From an uncultured Alphaproteobacteria bacterium (GTDB taxonomy: Bacteria; Pseudomonadota; Alphaproteobacteria; Rs-D84): a DNA stretch of 64,000 nucleotides. The stretch spans positions 61,279-125,278 of the forward strand of contig CALXXV010000003.1 in NCBI GenBank assembly GCA_944392775.1. Reading direction: 5' to 3'. Position 1 is the first letter of the stretch, and each line of letters begins with the position of its first letter. Below, in pieces: positions 59,473 through 64,000 of the stretch. The notes under the pieces were generated by a model. The model was given only the letters and a program-made list of their open reading frames with translations. It had not been told where the DNA came from and did not search any database. The translations under genes and the position numbers were made by a program.

Positions 59473-59956
59473 TTATAAGCTTCGGTAATGCATTTTCTAG
59501 AACAGAGACTAGATTGTTATATAATCCTAAAACACTTCCCCCAGAAAGTTTATCTTCTATTACCTGCAAATTATACTGCAAAAAAGCCATTACATTATCA
59601 TGGGTATTTTGCCATTCCGAAATATTTATATCTATTGAATGTAAATCACGAAAAGCTTCTAATAAAAAATTAAAATCAGCATTTAAACTTTCAGGATCTA
59701 TCTTAGATGTTGGTTGATAATCAACAACTCTATTTAAAGAGATCTGACGAAAGATATCTATTTTTACTCCTTGACTTGGAGCCTCTATGAAAACGACATT
59801 TCCTCCATCAAAATTTTCATTTGCAACAACAGAATAGTTTGAATTTTGTAAAATTTCTTCGTCCAAAGCCACTTTAATATCTTCATCCTGAAAGAACGGA
59901 AAAGCAAATAGGAATTCAGTAGTTACACCATCTCCTATATAAGATATTTTATACAT
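59408..59956 (-). CDS. Tail-fibre N-terminal (tail-attachment) domain protein, T7 gp17 N-terminus-like, lacking a distal receptor-binding region
   Basis: YKISYIGDGVTTEFLFAFPFFQDEDIKV resembles the T7 gp17 N-terminus (YQLDGSNRDFNIPFEYLARKFVVV). Confidence 0.4.
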   Translation of the reverse strand: MYKISYIGDGVTTEFLFAFPFFQDEDIKVALDEEILQNSNYSVVANENFDGGNVVFIEAPSQGVKIDIFRQISLNRVVDYQPTSKIDPESLNADFNFLLEAFRDLHSIDINISEWQNTHDNVMAFLQYNLQVIEDKLSGGSVLGLYNNLVSVLENALPKLINDYGSITELAPNETRDDYGIL

Positions 59957-59973
59957 AAGTCCCCCCTATTAAT

Positions 59974-60321
59974 TTAATCAATCAAATCTTCGAATTTGTC
60001 TAAGACAGATTGCAATAAATTTGGTTTGCTGACTTTTATTTTTTTTAATTTCTCTGAATTAACCTTACGTTTCGTTTCATATGGTTCTTCTACCTCTGAT
60101 TTAAGTCTTTTTAATACAGCACCTTCTGTCATTCCGCGTCCCGACATACCTGATGCACCATATTTAGCACGTTGGGTTGCTAAAGTTTTTTTTACAAGAT
60201 TAGTTTTTTCTTTTTCGTCTGCTGCCATATCTGCGATAATTTTTTGTCGCTCTGTTTCTGCTTCTTTTTTTGCATTTTTATAATTTAAAACATCTGTTAC
60301 ATCTGACACTAACTGTCCCAT
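59974..60321 (-). CDS. Hypothetical phage-module protein (basic, coiled-coil)
   Basis: ORF only. Confidence 0.3.
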   Translation of the reverse strand: MGQLVSDVTDVLNYKNAKKEAETERQKIIADMAADEKEKTNLVKKTLATQRAKYGASGMSGRGMTEGAVLKRLKSEVEEPYETKRKVNSEKLKKIKVSKPNLLQSVLDKFEDLID

Positions 60322-60338
60322 TTTTAGCTCCTTTTAGT

Positions 60339-62054
60339 TTATACTAAATAATAACCATACATACTTACTGATAAAACAGTAGCTGGCAATTGTTCGCTGC
60401 TTTTTATAGACCATGGCGCATCAATACAATTACGTTGGCACCCTAATAAATTCACACAAACATCACCGCTATAACCATTTGATGTTTCATCATATATATC
60501 ATTTGGTAAATCTGTTCTTGCCCCATTTATAAATAAAGTTTTTGTATCCAAAACGCGTGCACATATTTTCCGCAATCTTATCTTATTAGCATTATGCCCA
60601 GATGCCCTAACAGGTAACGCAGATGCAGTAAAGGAAAAACCGTATTTACCGGCATCCTGTAAAGCGTCATTTGAAAATTTTTCAATAGAATATTCATCTT
60701 GTCTTAAAACTACTACAAACGTTTCTCCGTCTATTACTGCGACAGATATAAACTTACCCTGCGTTTTATAAGTACCCCACGCAGAAATACCCAGTGCAGA
60801 ATTTTGATTTAATACGGCCATATCTCCCGATTCCATAATAACGAACAACTGTCTTGTTAAATCGTTATAGGCTAAATCAACAGGATCTTTCATAAGGTGT
60901 TTGGATAAAGCACACAAATCTGTTGCATTATAATTTTCGCCTAACTGATCTAAACTTAATTCTCGAATATCTTTTTTACTGCCGGAAATAAAAACAGTTG
61001 CCCCTTCTATTTTTTGTGGTGGCAAATAACGTCCTACTACACTTCCGACAGAAGTATGTTGTTTTATATCTACTGCTGCAGGTGTTAAAGGTTTACTAGA
61101 AATTGCCCATTCCCCAGCAGAAGTCAGGATTTGTAAATTATCACTGCTGACGACAGTACATATCTGCTGTCGTTGCTCTGAAAGTAGTGTTATAAAAATT
61201 GCTTCATCATCTAAACCTGTACCGACATCAAAATTATTATGCTTTCCTACTTTTGACATCCATACACCACTTGGCCAAGATCTAGAGCCACCAAAAACCA
61301 GTCTATCTTGATGAAACGTTATACTACACGGCCATCCGCGACGAGTACTAAAAGCTGCTTCAAACCAATCAGAAACAGGTTCATCAGGAACTGTATATGA
61401 AGAATTTACATGTGCGGTAACAGTTTTTGAATCTATATATTCAGTAATAGTCCATTGCTTATTTAATAATAAAAATCGACCATCTACATCTTCTGGAACC
61501 CAATAATTTTTATCTGTTTTAAATGTTGCAAAGTTATTTCCAGAACTATTCGTTGTTACAGTAATTTTTATACCTTCTGAGTCATCAAACCTCATGAATG
61601 GTATATTCACACTCATATCATCATCGTTTCTAGAAAAATCGAACTGAGATAGATCAAATGAATCATCAACTTTTTTTAATATATAAGGTCTATAATCAGG
61701 GTGTACAAAAATCATCGTTCCGAACCGTTGGGCATATTGTAACTTTGATAGATCACTACTTTCCCACGGAGCAATCATACTTTTTATAATTTCCCCATTA
61801 GAAAATATTGACAACTGCTCGTCAGTTAATGCGATAAGATAACTTTCATTTTCACTTACAGAAAACGATATCAATCTTGCAGAAGTATCAATATCTGCAA
61901 TTTTAACCAATCCAGGTCGTCTCGATAATCCGCCACCAGCCAATACATACATATTTTCTAACTTTGAAAGACCATTTAAATTATCCCGCGCAAAAAATTC
62001 TTGTGAGACTTCCCCGTCTGCAAAAGAATTTTGCGTTTTTATAAAATCTCCCAT
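60339..62054 (-). CDS. Large phage structural protein (tail tubular protein B-like by size and position)
   Basis: 571 aa; lies between the putative gp11-like protein and the fibre gene in T7-like order. Confidence 0.35.
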   Translation of the reverse strand: MGDFIKTQNSFADGEVSQEFFARDNLNGLSKLENMYVLAGGGLSRRPGLVKIADIDTSARLISFSVSENESYLIALTDEQLSIFSNGEIIKSMIAPWESSDLSKLQYAQRFGTMIFVHPDYRPYILKKVDDSFDLSQFDFSRNDDDMSVNIPFMRFDDSEGIKITVTTNSSGNNFATFKTDKNYWVPEDVDGRFLLLNKQWTITEYIDSKTVTAHVNSSYTVPDEPVSDWFEAAFSTRRGWPCSITFHQDRLVFGGSRSWPSGVWMSKVGKHNNFDVGTGLDDEAIFITLLSEQRQQICTVVSSDNLQILTSAGEWAISSKPLTPAAVDIKQHTSVGSVVGRYLPPQKIEGATVFISGSKKDIRELSLDQLGENYNATDLCALSKHLMKDPVDLAYNDLTRQLFVIMESGDMAVLNQNSALGISAWGTYKTQGKFISVAVIDGETFVVVLRQDEYSIEKFSNDALQDAGKYGFSFTASALPVRASGHNANKIRLRKICARVLDTKTLFINGARTDLPNDIYDETSNGYSGDVCVNLLGCQRNCIDAPWSIKSSEQLPATVLSVSMYGYYLV

Positions 62055-62069
62055 ATTTATTCTCCTGAA

Positions 62070-62588
62070 TTAAAAACGTGCATTGATTAAAGAGAAATTT
62101 TCAATATCCTGACTTACAGAAGTCGTACTATCTATAAATTTTGCAGATTGCATTTCAGTTTCATATAAAGCCGCCAACATACGAAAAACATTCTGTTCAC
62201 CGATTAAAGGTATACAAAATTCCATAGCCAATTTAGTAGCTGCTAAAGAAACAAAATAACTTGGAAATTTTTCTACAGGCACACGAACAATCGCTAATAC
62301 AGACGTTGTTTCTGCAGAAGAAATAATTTTATCTCCGACGATGTTACCGTCACATTTTAAAATTCGCAAACAATCGGCAGGAATCAAGAATTCACCGTCA
62401 GCGTTTTTGGTTAAATCAAAAGACTTACAAGCAAAACGCCAAGGATGTGAAGATAGCAAAGTATCTACCACCGGATCAAATAAAGTTCTACTAAGTTGCG
62501 CGGCCGGTGTATCATCTAATAAAGACTGAATGGATTTTTCACCAAGTTTTAACAACGCCATAGAACATAAATCTATTTTTGTAAGCAT
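62070..62588 (-). CDS. Phage structural protein (tail tubular protein A / adaptor-like by position)
   Basis: Position and size only. Confidence 0.3.
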   Translation of the reverse strand: MLTKIDLCSMALLKLGEKSIQSLLDDTPAAQLSRTLFDPVVDTLLSSHPWRFACKSFDLTKNADGEFLIPADCLRILKCDGNIVGDKIISSAETTSVLAIVRVPVEKFPSYFVSLAATKLAMEFCIPLIGEQNVFRMLAALYETEMQSAKFIDSTTSVSQDIENFSLINARF

Positions 62589-62663
62589 ATTATGTCCTTT
62601 ATAATTTAAATGAAAAAATTTGAGGCGACCTTTAAAAAGTCGCCTCTTTATATATCTATTCTA

Positions 62664-62891
62664 CTAAGCTACACTACCAATCGTCACATTTGTAGATACT
62701 GTAATTTTCTTTATCGATGTATTATCAGATGCATTGATTATGACAAGATCTCCTGTATTCATCAATGTTTTAACGCCGTCAAAATAACCTGATGCAGTTA
62801 TTGTTGATAGTGTTTCATTTGCTGCATAATGCCATAATGTAAAACCGTTTGCATATGCAATTACGGATAAATTTTTATTCTGAAAAGCCAT
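62664..62891 (-). CDS. Small hypothetical phage-module protein
   Basis: ORF only. Confidence 0.25.
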   Translation of the reverse strand: MAFQNKNLSVIAYANGFTLWHYAANETLSTITASGYFDGVKTLMNTGDLVIINASDNTSIKKITVSTNVTIGSVA

Positions 62892-62917
62892 TTCTTAATT
62901 CCTTTCATTATCAAATG

Positions 62918-63748
62918 TTAAACAGTTTCATCACTATCAGAACACTTCAAGCGAACAATACCGTCATTATCAATAAGTACTGCACCTTGAGACATACTGT
63001 TGCTTATAAAATGCGCTGCCCTTTCACCGTGCCAAGAAATATCTGTTTTTACTTCCTGACCGCATGCATGCCCCAGACTGGTCGAGTGATATATAAAACA
63101 ATCGCGTTTTTCTTCTGTAACAGGTAGGTTATTATGCAAAATCCATGTAATACCCAACCATTTTTTTGATGCGCCACCTGATACTAAAGGTAAATCGTTA
63201 CCGACATAATCTGCAGATATAAATTCATCGATTGATAATAATTCATTCCATTGATGCACCCCAACAACAGCAAATCTTCGTCCATCATCTGGAACATCTT
63301 TATTATTTAGTTCTTCTACTGCAGCTAATATTAAATCTTTAGTTAATCCTGTGCTATAATCGCCAACATAATTATTAGCGCTATTCATCGCGGCAATTAT
63401 TAATTCGTCCGTTTTACGACCTAATGCATATGCACCAGCAGATGCAACGACGCGACGTTCATCAACATTAGTCTTTAATTCATCCAAGGCATCAACCCAA
63501 TCACCTGCATAATAATCTTGCAACAAACACTCTACAGGTTCATGATTTAAATTCATTACCGGTACAATACCATGACGAGATTTTGTACTTGCTGTACCGC
63601 GGCCTACTTTTTGAAAAGTCGTAGAAGCACCAACGACACCAGACTTACTACGAACGGTCGCCCTTAATTTTGTGCCCATTTGCTGATAAGCTAAATGAAC
63701 ATCTGCTTCGAATTGTTTCACGAAGACTTGATCTATGGAAACAGACAT
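62918..63748 (-). CDS. Putative phage major capsid/structural protein
   Basis: First gene of the co-oriented structural module. Preceded by terminator-rich intergenic DNA. Confidence 0.35.
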   Translation of the reverse strand: MSVSIDQVFVKQFEADVHLAYQQMGTKLRATVRSKSGVVGASTTFQKVGRGTASTKSRHGIVPVMNLNHEPVECLLQDYYAGDWVDALDELKTNVDERRVVASAGAYALGRKTDELIIAAMNSANNYVGDYSTGLTKDLILAAVEELNNKDVPDDGRRFAVVGVHQWNELLSIDEFISADYVGNDLPLVSGGASKKWLGITWILHNNLPVTEEKRDCFIYHSTSLGHACGQEVKTDISWHGERAAHFISNSMSQGAVLIDNDGIVRLKCSDSDETV

Positions 63749-63964
63749 GTATTTTTCCTTTATATTATTAAATAAAAAAACGCATTAAAATGCGCCGATT
63801 TAAATTTTGTTTTATGGTTATGCAAAAAATTGCGCCGTATAACAAAACGATCAAGGTCCGACAATATTTGGATTATCTTGAAAATTCTTAGTTAGACATT
63901 TATATCTAACTAAAAATTTTATTAAAAAAACCGCATAACGCGGAAACATTATTATATTAATAAA

Positions 63965-63995
63965 AATCCCCGCTAAGCAGGGATTTTTATTATTT
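63965..63995. terminator. Hairpin AATCCCCGC-TAAGCA-GGGATTTTTATT (terminator)
   Basis: GC stem plus T-tract. Confidence 0.5.
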
Positions 63996-64000
63996 TCTTT

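Noticed and set aside
1-64000. CRISPR arrays
   Set aside because: No series of regularly spaced 25-40-nt direct repeats seen anywhere in the window

Overview
AT-rich (~30-35% GC) bacterial chromosomal window. The housekeeping content and an RNase E with an S1-domain insertion suggest an alphaproteobacterial, host-associated organism (Rickettsiales/Holosporales-like). This taxonomic call is inference only. The conserved backbone has two parts: (i) ackA, an M48/TPR peptidase, recG, a YkgJ-like protein, rph, a membrane protein and rne at 29.8-38.8 kb; (ii) tRNA-His, tRNA-Ala, then frr-uppS-cdsA-rseP-bamA at 41.2-46.9 kb. Accessory modules are interleaved with this backbone. (1) A three-gene restriction-modification-like operon (N6-adenine MTase, C5-cytosine MTase, HNH nuclease) sits at 0.5-4.6 kb, next to a repeat-dense non-coding tract and an orphan tRNA 3' fragment with CCA and a terminator. 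This looks like an island attR end. (2) A TetR-controlled operon (flavodoxin, dienelactone hydrolase, CMD/cupin lipoprotein) with palindromic operators. (3) An effector-like HExxH protein and a TbpB-like surface lipoprotein carrying a (CCA)6 repeat. (4) A glycan/nucleotide-sugar cluster at 13.8-22.3 kb. It lacks a phosphomutase but encodes a fused nucleotidyltransferase-APH-type kinase, a HAD phosphatase, a class I PMI, an RPE-like epimerase, an acetyltransferase, two putative glycosyltransferases and an MsbA-like exporter. (5) A secreted PLD-family nuclease plus orphan Dcm next to tRNA-Lys. (6) A 2.4-kb islet inserted in the 3' end of tRNA-His, bounded by an exact 17-nt direct repeat of the tRNA 3' end. 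It carries a membrane-anchored HNH nuclease with a Gly/Ser/Tyr low-complexity linker and a small membrane partner. (7) A GC-rich structured non-coding element with its own terminator at 49.3-49.55 kb. (8) A degenerate T7-like (podovirus-like) structural module at 52.9-63.7 kb. Its large terminase gene is split into ATPase and nuclease halves by a 3.3-kb opposite-strand insert carrying dnaB, an XRE/CI-like regulator and a hypothetical gene. Two dispersed tail-fibre (Mtd_N-like) paralogs lie at 29.2 and 52.0 kb. No CRISPR array was seen.
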